A DNA stretch of 64,000 nucleotides from NCBI GenBank assembly GCA_021604805.1, contig BQJR01000002.1, positions 936,391 to 1,000,390 on the forward strand. Direction: 5' to 3'. How positions within the stretch are numbered: position 1 is the stretch's first letter; each line of letters opens with the position of its first letter. The DNA is from Planctomycetota bacterium (lineage in GTDB: Bacteria; Planctomycetota; B15-G4). Below are positions 19,149-28,353 of the stretch, in pieces. The notes under the pieces are model-generated. The model was not told the DNA's origin, did not search any database, and was given only the letters and a program-made list of their open reading frames with translations. A program made the translations under genes and the position numbers.

Positions 19149-20557
19149 GAAGCCGCGCCCGCTGCGGGCTCGTTCCACGACACGCTCAGCGGACGCGTGA
19201 ACTGGCGGTAGCCGTCGGGGCTGCCGAGGAAGCCGAAGCCCGACTGCTTCGCGCCGGCCCAGGGTGGGTCGCCCGCGCCGCCGAGCCCACGGTTCACGCC
19301 GACCATGCCCGACTCCACGCGCGCCGCGAGCTGGCGGCCGCGTTCCAGGTCGCCCGCCCAGACCGACGCTCCCAGGCCGAAGCACGAGTCGTTCGCCAGT
19401 CGCAAGGCTTCCTCCGCGCTGTCCACCGTGCGCAGCGTGGCCACGGGCCCGAAGGTCTCGTCGCGCAGCAGCGCCATCTCTTCGTTCGTGTCGGCCACAA
19501 CAGTGGCTTCCATGAACCAGCCGGCCCCTTCGCGCGCTCCGCCGCCGAGCAACACGCGCGCTCCTTTGGCGCGTGCATCCTCGATCTGCGCGAGCACGTG
19601 GGCGCGCTGCTGTTCGGTGGCCATCGGACCCATGAAGACGTCGCTGTTGCCATCTCCGACGGTGAGCGCCTGCGCGCGTTGCACCACCAGTTCCGCGAAC
19701 TTCTCCGCGGCCGGTTGCTCCACGTAGATGCGCTCCACCGAGCAGCACACCTGCCCCGTGTTACGCATCGACTCGCGCACGGCGAAGTCGGCGGCGGCTT
19801 CGAGGTCGGCGTCGGCGCACACGATCATGGGGTCCTTGCCGCCCAGCTCGAGCACCAGCCGCTTCAGGCCCTTGCTGGCCTCGGCCATGATGTGCTTCCC
19901 GGCGGCCACGCTGCCCACGAAGCCCACCAGGTCGACCTCGGCAGCCACCAGCGCTTTGCCGGTGAACTCGTCGCCCTGCACCAACTCGACCACGCCTGCC
20001 GGCAAGTGACGCTGCAAGACCTCGGCCAGCGCCGCGCCCGACAGCGGCACGAGCTCCGACGGCTTGAACACCACGCTGTTACCGGCCACGAGCGCGGGCA
20101 CGATCACCTCGCGCGCCATGCCGAGCGGAAAGTTCCACGGCGTGATCGCGGCGACGACGCCCAGCGCCTCACGCGTCAAGCGCGTGACCGTGTCGCCCTC
20201 GCGATGCAGCTCGGGCGCGAGGGCCTCCGCCGCCGACTGGGACAAACGCCGGATGCCGCCCGCACAACCCTGCGCCTCGCGACGCGCCTGCTCGATCGGC
20301 TTCCCCATTTCTGCGGTGATCAGCCGCGCCAGCTCGTCGACCAATGCGGGCTGTTCGAATTCCTTCGCGGCGGCCTCCAGCGCGTCCAACCGCGCGCTCA
20401 GCTCGAGCGCGCCCCAAGCCGGCTGCGCGGCGCGCGCACGCGCAACGGCCGCCCGGACGTCGCTTTCCGAAGCAATCGGAATGCTGGCGAGGCACTCGCC
20501 GTTGGCGGGATTCACATCATCGAGCGTGCGAACACTCGCCTCGGTTCCGGTGGCCAT
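19145..20557 (-). CDS. aldehyde dehydrogenase family protein
   Basis: ITPWNFP, FKPSE, FVGSVAAG, LELGGKD, NTGQVC and ETFGP. GGAG lies upstream of ATG 20557. Confidence 0.95.
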   Translation of the reverse strand: MATGTEASVRTLDDVNPANGECLASIPIASESDVRAAVARARAAQPAWGALELSARLDALEAAAKEFEQPALVDELARLITAEMGKPIEQARREAQGCAGGIRRLSQSAAEALAPELHREGDTVTRLTREALGVVAAITPWNFPLGMAREVIVPALVAGNSVVFKPSELVPLSGAALAEVLQRHLPAGVVELVQGDEFTGKALVAAEVDLVGFVGSVAAGKHIMAEASKGLKRLVLELGGKDPMIVCADADLEAAADFAVRESMRNTGQVCCSVERIYVEQPAAEKFAELVVQRAQALTVGDGNSDVFMGPMATEQQRAHVLAQIEDARAKGARVLLGGGAREGAGWFMEATVVADTNEEMALLRDETFGPVATLRTVDSAEEALRLANDSCFGLGASVWAGDLERGRQLAARVESGMVGVNRGLGGAGDPPWAGAKQSGFGFLGSPDGYRQFTRPLSVSWNEPAAGAAS

Positions 20558-20654
20558 CGCTTTCTCCAGGTTGGTCCCCCCCAACCGCGAAAGGCCGGTA
20601 TTCTACGCTCGGTTGCCTGCGGAGGCGATTTCGAACGTTCCTGGAGTGAGTTCC

Positions 20655-20803
20655 GAGAATCCTTGGCAGCGTTGCTGACGGCCCGCCTCTTCCTGGGTGG
20701 TGCGAAGCGGGTCAGGCAACATGGGGCGATTCAACGGACTGACATCAGGGTGGTCCCGCAGGCAACCGTTTTGCGTCCGGGCGACACCGCTGAGTCTGAT
20801 CTC
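20655..20803 (-). ncRNA. putative 6S RNA (ssrS-like) long hairpin
   Basis: Intergenic ~150 nt. On the minus strand the 5' arm (GAGATC...CGGTGTCGC...CGGTTGCCT) pairs with the 3' arm (AGGCGGGCCG...GCAACGCTG...GATTCTC) around a central bulge. The 3' CACCCAGGAAGAGGCGGG resembles the 6S 3' motif as I recall it. Not verified with a covariance model. Confidence 0.5.
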
Positions 20804-20886
20804 GCTTAGTGACGATCGCGCGCGCAGCAACTTCCGCGAACCGTGTGCGCTGACACGTTCTCCGCGGCGTGCGCCCAGCCGGGCAG

Positions 20887-22407
20887 TCAGCGGCGCTCGC
20901 CGAGCATCACGAGCTCACTCAACCAGCGCTGTTCTGGCTCGCCAGCCGCAGGGATTTCGTCGGGGTGCGACTCGACCCACTCCAGGCGCTCGGCGAGCAG
21001 CTTGCGCAGCGCGGCTTCGGCGGGGTGGTCCTGGCCCGCGAGGTTCATGGCTTCGCGCGGCCTGCCGACCATCTTGTAGAGCTCGTCCTCGCCTTCTTCG
21101 CGCACGATCAGGCGGAACTCGGGCGTGCGCACCGACCACACGCGCTCGTCGGTCCAGCCCAGCTCGCGACGCAGGTCATCCACGGGCTGACGCTCGGCGT
21201 AAGCCACGCGGGCCTCGGCGCGATCGGCGCCCGCTGCGCCGGGCAGCAAGGGCAGCAGTGATTCGCCGTCGGGAGCGGGATGGAAGCTGTTCAGGTCGCG
21301 ACCGAGCATCTGCGCCATCGTGAAGAACAGGTCGGTGTGACGCACCTGGTGGCGCACGCGGCCCACCGGCCGGTCGCCGCCCGAGAAGCGCATCAAGAGG
21401 GGCACGCGCAGCTGCGCTTCGTAGAGGTCGCGGTCGTGTCCCACGTAGCCGTGGTCGCCGAGCGCCTCGCCGTGATCCGACGTGAACATGTAGAGCTTGC
21501 GTCCGCTCAGGCCGAGCTCTTCCACGACTTTCACCAGCTCGCGCACTTCCAGGTCCACGTGCGCCAGGCGGCCGTCGTAGCGATCGAACCAGTTGAGCAC
21601 GGTTTCGTAGTCGCTGGCCTTGAACTCGGACATCAGGCCGTTGCGGTTCGGGCGCGCGCCGAAGTCCACCGGCTCGAACTCGGCCGGGTCGTGCAGCTCG
21701 GGCAGGCCGTGCAAGTGCGAGAAGTAGCGGTAGTTCGTGACGCGCGTGCCCTTGGCTGCGTCGCGGACTTGCTCTTCCTTCTCGGTGTAGTTCGCCCAGC
21801 GCCCGGGTTTGTAGGACATGTACCAGTCGCGCACGTCGCTGAAGTGCACCCACAGGAAGAAGCGCTGCGAGGTGCGACGCTTGCGCAACCAGCGCGTGGC
21901 TTCCAGGCGCACTTGAGTGGCGTGCGCGCGCTCCGCCACGACCTCGTCGAAGCCAGTGGCCACCGACTCGAGGTGTGCGGCGCCGAGGATCGCGGCGGTC
22001 TGGTAGCCGGCGTCCTTGAACACGCTGGCCATGCTCGGCACCGACTCGGCGAGGCGCTGACCGTTCTCGAGCACGCCGTGCTTGCTGGGGATCAGGCCGG
22101 TGAAGATCGTGGCCAGGCTCGGCGCGCTCTGGCTCGAGCTGGCCTGCACGTTGTCGAAGACCACGCCGGGGTCGAAGATCTCGCTGATCCGGTAGCTGCT
22201 GATGTCCCGACGGATGGCCTCGGGCACCTCGCGCTTGGGCCCGTAGCTGTAGCTGCGCATGTGGTCGGCGCGCAGCCCGCCCACGGTGATCAGCACGACC
22301 TGCTCAGGTGTTCCCGCCACGATGTAAGGGTGGATCGGGAGGTCGGAGCCGCCGCAAGAGATCAACAGGGTGCAGAGCAACAGCAGTCGAGGGCCGGCGC
22401 GGAGCAT
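20887..22407 (-). CDS. sulfatase-like (alkaline phosphatase superfamily) lipoprotein, atypical active site
   Basis: LLISC lipobox, LRADH, SAPSLATIFTG, FTSDHGE and LYEAQLRVPL. Confidence 0.85.
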   Translation of the reverse strand: MLRAGPRLLLLCTLLISCGGSDLPIHPYIVAGTPEQVVLITVGGLRADHMRSYSYGPKREVPEAIRRDISSYRISEIFDPGVVFDNVQASSSQSAPSLATIFTGLIPSKHGVLENGQRLAESVPSMASVFKDAGYQTAAILGAAHLESVATGFDEVVAERAHATQVRLEATRWLRKRRTSQRFFLWVHFSDVRDWYMSYKPGRWANYTEKEEQVRDAAKGTRVTNYRYFSHLHGLPELHDPAEFEPVDFGARPNRNGLMSEFKASDYETVLNWFDRYDGRLAHVDLEVRELVKVVEELGLSGRKLYMFTSDHGEALGDHGYVGHDRDLYEAQLRVPLLMRFSGGDRPVGRVRHQVRHTDLFFTMAQMLGRDLNSFHPAPDGESLLPLLPGAAGADRAEARVAYAERQPVDDLRRELGWTDERVWSVRTPEFRLIVREEGEDELYKMVGRPREAMNLAGQDHPAEAALRKLLAERLEWVESHPDEIPAAGEPEQRWLSELVMLGERR

Positions 22408-22494
22408 GACGCGGAGTCCAAGGGGAGGGCACGAAGGCGAAGAGTGTATCCATCGGGCGACGGGCGCACCGAACCTGCGCGCGAGCGGCGCGAT

Positions 22495-25400
22495 TCAGCG
22501 TTCGCCCGTGACCAGTCGACGTGCCTCACGCACCAAGTTGTTGGTCGTGGGGCCGGGCGGCTCGCCGCGCGACCCGAGGCTCAGCAGGGCCTCGTCGAGG
22601 TAGGCCTCGGCCAGGGCGCTGGCACCCAACCGGGTGTTGGCCATGGCCAGCACGAGCAGATCCCACTCCACGGGATACTCGCGCAGCGACGCGTTCAAGC
22701 GCTTCGCCTCGGTGAGCGCTTCGAGCGCGGCGCGGTCGTTGCCGCACCGGTATTGCGCCAGGCCCAGCACGTGCAGGACGCGCGGCTGGCCCGGCGCCAG
22801 GCGGTTCGCAGCGCGCGCCAAGCGACGCGCCTCGCGACAGGTTTCCGGATCGGCGTGACGTTCGAGCAGCAGCCCGCGCGCCGCCTCCGTGAGCAGCGCC
22901 GGGTCGCTGCCGAAGTTGCGCACGAGGCGCAGCGCCTCTTCGCGCACCACAGGGTCGAGGCGCGTGTCGGCGCGCAGCGCGTCGGCCACGGCACGCGGGT
23001 CTTCGAGCGCCTCGAGCAAGTCGGTGAAGCGCTGCTGCGCGGGTTCGAGCGCGGCCGCGCGATCGTGTCGCTGGGCGAAGCCGGGCGCGGCGCTGCCCGT
23101 CTCCCAAGTGAGGATGCGACTGCCGGCCGCCACGTGCAGACGCGCGCCGTCGGTGGAGAAGGCGAGGGCGTCGGCGGGGGCGCCGGCTTCCAGGCTCAAC
23201 AGCGCGTTGCCTTCGGGGACGGACCAGATGCGCACGCTGCCGTCGCTCGAAGCCGAGGCCAGGCGTTCGCCGCTGGGATGGAAGGCGAGGTCGTTCACGA
23301 CGCCGCGATGACCTTGCAGGCGCGCCACGAGTTGCGGCGTGTCTTTGGTGTCGTAGATGAGCACTTGGCGGTCTTCGCCGGCGCTGGCGAGCCAGCGGCC
23401 GTCGGGGCTGAAGGTCACGCTGAGCACGCCGCGCGTGTGGTCGTGCAGCGCGAGCAGTTGCGCGCCGTCGTCGAGGCTCCAGATGCGCACGCTCTCGTCG
23501 AAGGAGGCCGTGGCGATCCACGGTCGGCTGGGGTGGAAGACCACGTCGCGTACGCGGCTGCCGTGACCTTCGAGGGTGCGCGTGAGTGCGCCGCGTTCCA
23601 CGTCCCACACACGCGCGCTGCGATCATCCGACGCACTGGCGAGCAGGCGACCCGAGCTCTCGAAGCTCACGGCGTGGATCGGTTCTTGATGACCGAGCAG
23701 ACGACGGTGTTCGGCCAGTTCGCCCGTGTCGCTCACCTTCCACACGATGAGCGGGAAATCTTGATGACGGCTCGCGTCGTTGAGCCCGGCGGCGGCGAGT
23801 GTGCCGCTGTTCGAGAGCGCCACGGCTGCGCCGCCGCCGCCGGGCAGATCGCCCACGCCGAGCGAGAGCAGCGCGCCGCTGTCCCAGAGTCGTGCGCGGC
23901 CGTCCCAACTCGCCGAGAGCAGGCGCCGACCCGCGGCCGCGGCGAGCGAGCGCACGCTGTCGGTGTGACCCATGAGTTGGGTTTGCGCGGCGCCCCAGCT
24001 GAGATCCCAACTGAGCAGCGCGCCGTCGAGCGAGCCGCTCAGGATGCGCAGGCCGTCGGGGGTGCTGCAGAGCGCGCTCACGCCGTCGTCGTGGCCGAGC
24101 ATGCGGTCGAGTTCGCGGCCGGTCCACGCGTCCCACACGCGCAGGTTGCCCGAGGCCATGCCCGCGACGAGTTGCGCGCCATCGGGCGTGAAGAGCAGGC
24201 GCGTGGGGACCTCGGGCGCCACGTCGAACTCGTGCTCGGGCACTTGTGAACCCACGCTGTAGACGCGCACGACGCCGGCCTCTTCGGCACTCGCGAAGCG
24301 TTCGGCCACAGGCGAGTGCGCCACGGCGAGCACCTCGGAGTCGTAGTCGTAGAGCGTGTCGAGCAGCTCCCCCGCCACGACGTCGATCAGCGCGACCGTG
24401 CGATCGCGCGACGCGCTCACGAGCAGGCTGCCGTCGTGGGAGAGTGCGAGGTCGGTGATCTCTTGCGCGTGCGGGCGGGGCAGCGCGTAGGGGTTGCCGG
24501 TGTCGAGGCGCCAGGCGAGCACGCGGCCGTCGTCGCGGCCGGCCACTACGAGGTCGCTGCTTGCGGCGCGCGCGAGGCGCGTGATCTCGGGCGCGCGACG
24601 CGTCGCGCCTTCGGGCGGCTCGAGGCTGCCGAGCAAGGCGCCGTTGCTCGCGCCCAGCAAACGCACCTGGCCGTCGCCGCTGGCGATCACGAGCTGCGTG
24701 CTGTCGGCGCTGAAGAGCACGTCGGTGGCGGCCGACTCGCCGGGGTCGAAGCGCGCCAAGCGCTGGCCCGTGGCGGCGTCCCAGAGATCGAGTTCACCCA
24801 CCCAGGAGGCGCTCAGCACGCGCTGGCCATCGGGCGACACGCGCAGGGCGGACACAGCAGCATCGTGACGACCGAAGCGCCCCAAGCTCACGTCCGCGCG
24901 CGCGCGCAGGTGTTCCCATTCCCAGCCCCGAAGCGCTGCCGGTGCCTCCTCGAGTTGACGCAGCAGTTCGGCGCGCGAGCCATCGGCGAGCGCGGCTTGC
25001 GCGGCGGCGAGCGAGGCCATGTAGCCCTGGCGCAAGGCGCGCGCGGTGGCTTGCTCGGCGCTCACGAGCGCGAGGTCGGCGCGCGTGGCGGAGGCTTCGG
25101 CCGCGCTCTTGGCAGCCTCGGCTTCGGCGCGCGCTTGCTCCGCGTGGGCTTGTTCGGTTTGCGCTGTGTGCGTGGCCTCGACCAAGGATTGGTTGCGTTG
25201 ACGTTCGCGCACGCCCAGCCCGGTCATCGCGAGCAGGAACACGAGCAAGACTGCCGCCGTGAGTTTGTTGCGCACGACCCACTTGCGCAGTTCGACCAGT
25301 GCGCCCGTGCGGTGCGCACGCACCACGCGGCCTTCGAGGAAGGCGCGCAACTCGTCGGCCATCTCGGACATGTCGGCGTAGCGGTCGCGCGCTTCGCGGG

Positions 25401-26598
25401 CCATGGCCTTGTCGCAGATCGCCGCCAGCTCCGGGTCGACGCGCCGGTTGATCTGGTGCAGCGGACGCGGCGGGCCTTCGCGCAGCGCGCGCAACACTTC
25501 GCGCGGACCGCGTCGCTCACCGTTGGGCACGAAGGGCATCTCGCCGGCGAGCAAGTGATACAGCAGCGCGCCCACGGCGTAGACATCGCTCGACGGGCCG
25601 AGTTCCTCGAGCTCGCCGCGCGCTTGTTCGGGCGACATGTAGGCGGGCGTGCCCACCACCGCGCCGTCGAGCGTGCGCAAGGGGCTGTCGCTGCGACGCG
25701 AGCTCGCGTCGTGACGTTCGGTCTGCACGTCGTCGAGCGTGGCCGGGTCGTCGGCGCTGCCCGAGGACTCCTCAGCGCCCTCGCGCTCGAGCACCTTCGC
25801 GAGGCCCCAGTCCATCACGTACACCTCGCCGAAGCGACCCACCATGATGTTCGCGGGCTTGATGTCGCGATGCAGCACGCCCTTGCTGTGCGCGTAGGCC
25901 AGCGCCTCGCACACTTTCTGCAGCACGTTGAGCGTGCGCGGCACGGTCCAGCCATCGCGCTGGTCGTGAACGAGTTCGAAGATCGTGCGCAGGCTGCGGC
26001 CGCGCACCAGGCGCATGGTGAAGTACACGCGGCCGGTGTCGTCGAGGCCGAGTTCGTGCACCGGCACGATGCCGGGGTGATCGAGTTGCCCGGTGATCTG
26101 CGCCTCTTCGAGGAAGCGCCCGAGTTGACGCGTGCTGCTCGCGCTGTCGCTGGCTTTGGGGTCGGGCGGCAGCATCACTTTCATGGCGAGCTGTCGCCGC
26201 AGGTCGCCGTCCCAGGCGCGCAAGACCACGCCCATGCCGCCGCGCCCGAGTTCACCGCGCGTGCCGTAGCGCGCGCTGGCCGACGGGCGCGCGCTGAGTC
26301 GGCCGATCAGCTTGTCGACGGCTTCGCGCGAGGTGGGGTCGGCGGACGCGGCGTCGTCGTCGCCCACGAGGCGCAGCGTGGCGCCGGGCACGCTCGGTGC
26401 GTCGTCTCCCAAGGCATCGACCGCCCCGGCGAGACGCTGCCAGCGCGCGTGCAAGCGTTGCAGGTCGGCGGCGTGGTCGAGGTGCTCGTCGAGGAAACTC
26501 TCGAAGGGGACATCCTCGCCCTCTTCGAAGCGCTTCAGGAAGCCTTGGTAGAGCTCCTGAGCAGCGGCCGACACGGCGGCGGGATCGGGCTTGCTCAT
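22495..26598 (-). CDS. Hanks-type Ser/Thr protein kinase with TM/coiled coil, WD40 repeats and C-terminal TPR-like helices
   Basis: LGRGGMGVV, AMK, HRDIKPAN, DWGLAK, GTPAYMSPEQ, then many GH...WD/WS repeats. Confidence 0.95.
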   Translation of the reverse strand: MSKPDPAAVSAAAQELYQGFLKRFEEGEDVPFESFLDEHLDHAADLQRLHARWQRLAGAVDALGDDAPSVPGATLRLVGDDDAASADPTSREAVDKLIGRLSARPSASARYGTRGELGRGGMGVVLRAWDGDLRRQLAMKVMLPPDPKASDSASSTRQLGRFLEEAQITGQLDHPGIVPVHELGLDDTGRVYFTMRLVRGRSLRTIFELVHDQRDGWTVPRTLNVLQKVCEALAYAHSKGVLHRDIKPANIMVGRFGEVYVMDWGLAKVLEREGAEESSGSADDPATLDDVQTERHDASSRRSDSPLRTLDGAVVGTPAYMSPEQARGELEELGPSSDVYAVGALLYHLLAGEMPFVPNGERRGPREVLRALREGPPRPLHQINRRVDPELAAICDKAMAREARDRYADMSEMADELRAFLEGRVVRAHRTGALVELRKWVVRNKLTAAVLLVFLLAMTGLGVRERQRNQSLVEATHTAQTEQAHAEQARAEAEAAKSAAEASATRADLALVSAEQATARALRQGYMASLAAAQAALADGSRAELLRQLEEAPAALRGWEWEHLRARADVSLGRFGRHDAAVSALRVSPDGQRVLSASWVGELDLWDAATGQRLARFDPGESAATDVLFSADSTQLVIASGDGQVRLLGASNGALLGSLEPPEGATRRAPEITRLARAASSDLVVAGRDDGRVLAWRLDTGNPYALPRPHAQEITDLALSHDGSLLVSASRDRTVALIDVVAGELLDTLYDYDSEVLAVAHSPVAERFASAEEAGVVRVYSVGSQVPEHEFDVAPEVPTRLLFTPDGAQLVAGMASGNLRVWDAWTGRELDRMLGHDDGVSALCSTPDGLRILSGSLDGALLSWDLSWGAAQTQLMGHTDSVRSLAAAAGRRLLSASWDGRARLWDSGALLSLGVGDLPGGGGAAVALSNSGTLAAAGLNDASRHQDFPLIVWKVSDTGELAEHRRLLGHQEPIHAVSFESSGRLLASASDDRSARVWDVERGALTRTLEGHGSRVRDVVFHPSRPWIATASFDESVRIWSLDDGAQLLALHDHTRGVLSVTFSPDGRWLASAGEDRQVLIYDTKDTPQLVARLQGHRGVVNDLAFHPSGERLASASSDGSVRIWSVPEGNALLSLEAGAPADALAFSTDGARLHVAAGSRILTWETGSAAPGFAQRHDRAAALEPAQQRFTDLLEALEDPRAVADALRADTRLDPVVREEALRLVRNFGSDPALLTEAARGLLLERHADPETCREARRLARAANRLAPGQPRVLHVLGLAQYRCGNDRAALEALTEAKRLNASLREYPVEWDLLVLAMANTRLGASALAEAYLDEALLSLGSRGEPPGPTTNNLVREARRLVTGER

Positions 26599-26680
26599 GG
26601 AGACTCTCCCGGCGGCCCGCGACCGGCCCGCAACGAAGCGGCGATTCTAGCAGCGCGACGAGCTGCGCAGGACGTGCCGC

Positions 26681-27682
26681 TCAGTGGCGATGTTGGCTCT
26701 CGAAGTCTTCACGTGCGGCTTTGTGCGCGAGCTCGGCCTCGGCCGCGATGTGACCGAAAGCGGCCCAAGGCGTGCGCGCGACGATCTTGCGGCACAGCGC
26801 GTAGCCTTCTTGGGAGCGCCCCTCGGCGAGGTAGTAGGCGGCCACGCCGTAGGCCAGCGTGGCGGCTTGCGTGTCGCTGAAGTCGTCGGGCAGCAACTCT
26901 TCGGGGCTGAGTTCGCCGCGCGCCATGAGCAACAGCCGGTGGTAGGCGTGGTTCTCGTACACGTTGAGTGAGTCGGTGATGGGCGCGAGCAGGTCGTCCA
27001 GCCGCGACTTCCAGAAGCTCGTGTCGAGGTCGGGCACGCGCGCGGCCATGCGTGTGAGCATCCGGCGCGTGGTGATCCAGTGCCACCAGTTGAAGGCCAC
27101 GAGCAGGTCGTCGTTGACCGCGCTCACGGATTGCGCAGCGAGGTAAGTGCGCTCGGCTTCGGCGTACTCGCCGATGAGGTAGTGCGTGAGCGCGAGGTGG
27201 TAGTACACGTTCGAGTGTTGCGTGCTGCGCGGCACGCCGTACTGATTGGGTGCGCCGTCTTCTTCGATGCTGTCGGGGGTGAGCTGGATGAGTTCGGCGG
27301 CGCGCGCGAGGTCGAGCAGCGCGGCGCGGAAGCGGCGCGTGCTGATGAGCCTGTGACTGCGGTGACGCAACAGCCGCGAGCTGTCGGGGAAACGGTTCAA
27401 ACCTTCGCTGTACGTCTGCAGCGCTTCCTCGAAGCGAGACTCGTACGCGAGGCGCCGGCCGTACCAGATCCACGCCTCCTCGCTCTCCGGTTCGGCGCGC
27501 AGTCGGCCGAGCGCGCGCGCGGTCTGGCGCTGCAGGCGGTCGAGCTCAGCGGCGGAGAAGCGGGGCGCATAGAGCGGCGCGCCGTCGAGCGTTCGCGCGG
27601 CTGGCTCGCGCGTCTCGATGGGGGCGCTGTTCGAGGCGCAGGCGGACAGCAACAGGCAGGCGATCAGCAGGGAGGCTTTCAT
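26681..27682 (-). CDS. TPR-repeat lipoprotein
   Basis: MKASLLIACLLLSAC lipobox. TPR-like helices (WIWYGRRLAY...EAL..YSEGL; YYHLALTHYLIGEYAEA). Confidence 0.8.
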   Translation of the reverse strand: MKASLLIACLLLSACASNSAPIETREPAARTLDGAPLYAPRFSAAELDRLQRQTARALGRLRAEPESEEAWIWYGRRLAYESRFEEALQTYSEGLNRFPDSSRLLRHRSHRLISTRRFRAALLDLARAAELIQLTPDSIEEDGAPNQYGVPRSTQHSNVYYHLALTHYLIGEYAEAERTYLAAQSVSAVNDDLLVAFNWWHWITTRRMLTRMAARVPDLDTSFWKSRLDDLLAPITDSLNVYENHAYHRLLLMARGELSPEELLPDDFSDTQAATLAYGVAAYYLAEGRSQEGYALCRKIVARTPWAAFGHIAAEAELAHKAAREDFESQHRH

Positions 27683-27880
27683 GGGCGAAGGAGTATGCCG
27701 CCCCGCAGGAGCTGGGTGGAACGACCACTTGAGAAGACTCTCGCTGCTTGCCCCCGGGATTCGCTGCGCCAGTTAGAATGCCTCGCGGCGGACGTCGTTC
27801 CGCCGATGTGCTTATCCCGATGAAGCAGATCAAGTTCCGGTCTCGACTCCGAGACCGATCATCGAGATCGAGGGGATTGC

Positions 27881-28285
27881 ATGGTCCGACAAACTGCTCA
27901 GCGCAGCGCCATCCGGGAAGTTCTCAAGGAGGCAGATCGCCCCCTGAGTCCACCCGAGATCTTGAAGCTCGCGCAGCTCATCGTTCCCGCGCTCGGCCTC
28001 ACCACCGTGTACCGCACGGTGAACAATCTGGTCGAGACGAACTGGCTCGCGCCCGTGCACCTGCCCGGCGAAGCCACGCGCTACGAGCTCGCGGGCAAAC
28101 CGCCGCACTACTTCTTCCGCTGCCGAGGATGCGGTGCCGTGTTCGACGTGCCCGGTCGCATGCAAGAGATCCAGGAGCATGTGCCCAAGGGTTTCGTGGC
28201 CACCGCGCACGAAGTCTTCCTCTACGGCTTGTGCAACGGTTGTTCCATTCCCGCGGAACAGCGCGCGCGCACGATGGGGAGCTGA
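27881..28285 (+). CDS. Fur family transcriptional regulator
   Basis: RQTAQRSAI, LSPPEI, LTTVYRTVNNL, and two CxxC motifs (CRGC, CNGC). GAGGGG ribosome-binding site upstream. Confidence 0.9.
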   Translation: MVRQTAQRSAIREVLKEADRPLSPPEILKLAQLIVPALGLTTVYRTVNNLVETNWLAPVHLPGEATRYELAGKPPHYFFRCRGCGAVFDVPGRMQEIQEHVPKGFVATAHEVFLYGLCNGCSIPAEQRARTMGS

Positions 28286-28353
28286 GGAGGCCGGGGAGCG
28301 CGTCGTGACCCAGCTCGCTCGTGACGAGTGGCTGAGTGCGCGCCCGCGGTGGG

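Noticed and set aside
18491-20809. 772-aa + strand ORF, and similar ORFs at 29004..31154 (-), 31750..33522 (-) and 58023..59861 (-)
   Set aside because: Each overlaps well-supported genes on the opposite strand and has Arg/Ala-rich shadow composition.
21280-26880. Long + strand ORFs (989 aa at 21280..24249, 854 aa at 24316..26880)
   Set aside because: Antisense shadows of the sulfatase and WD40 kinase genes. High-GC codon bias removes stops on the opposite strand, and they show no motifs.
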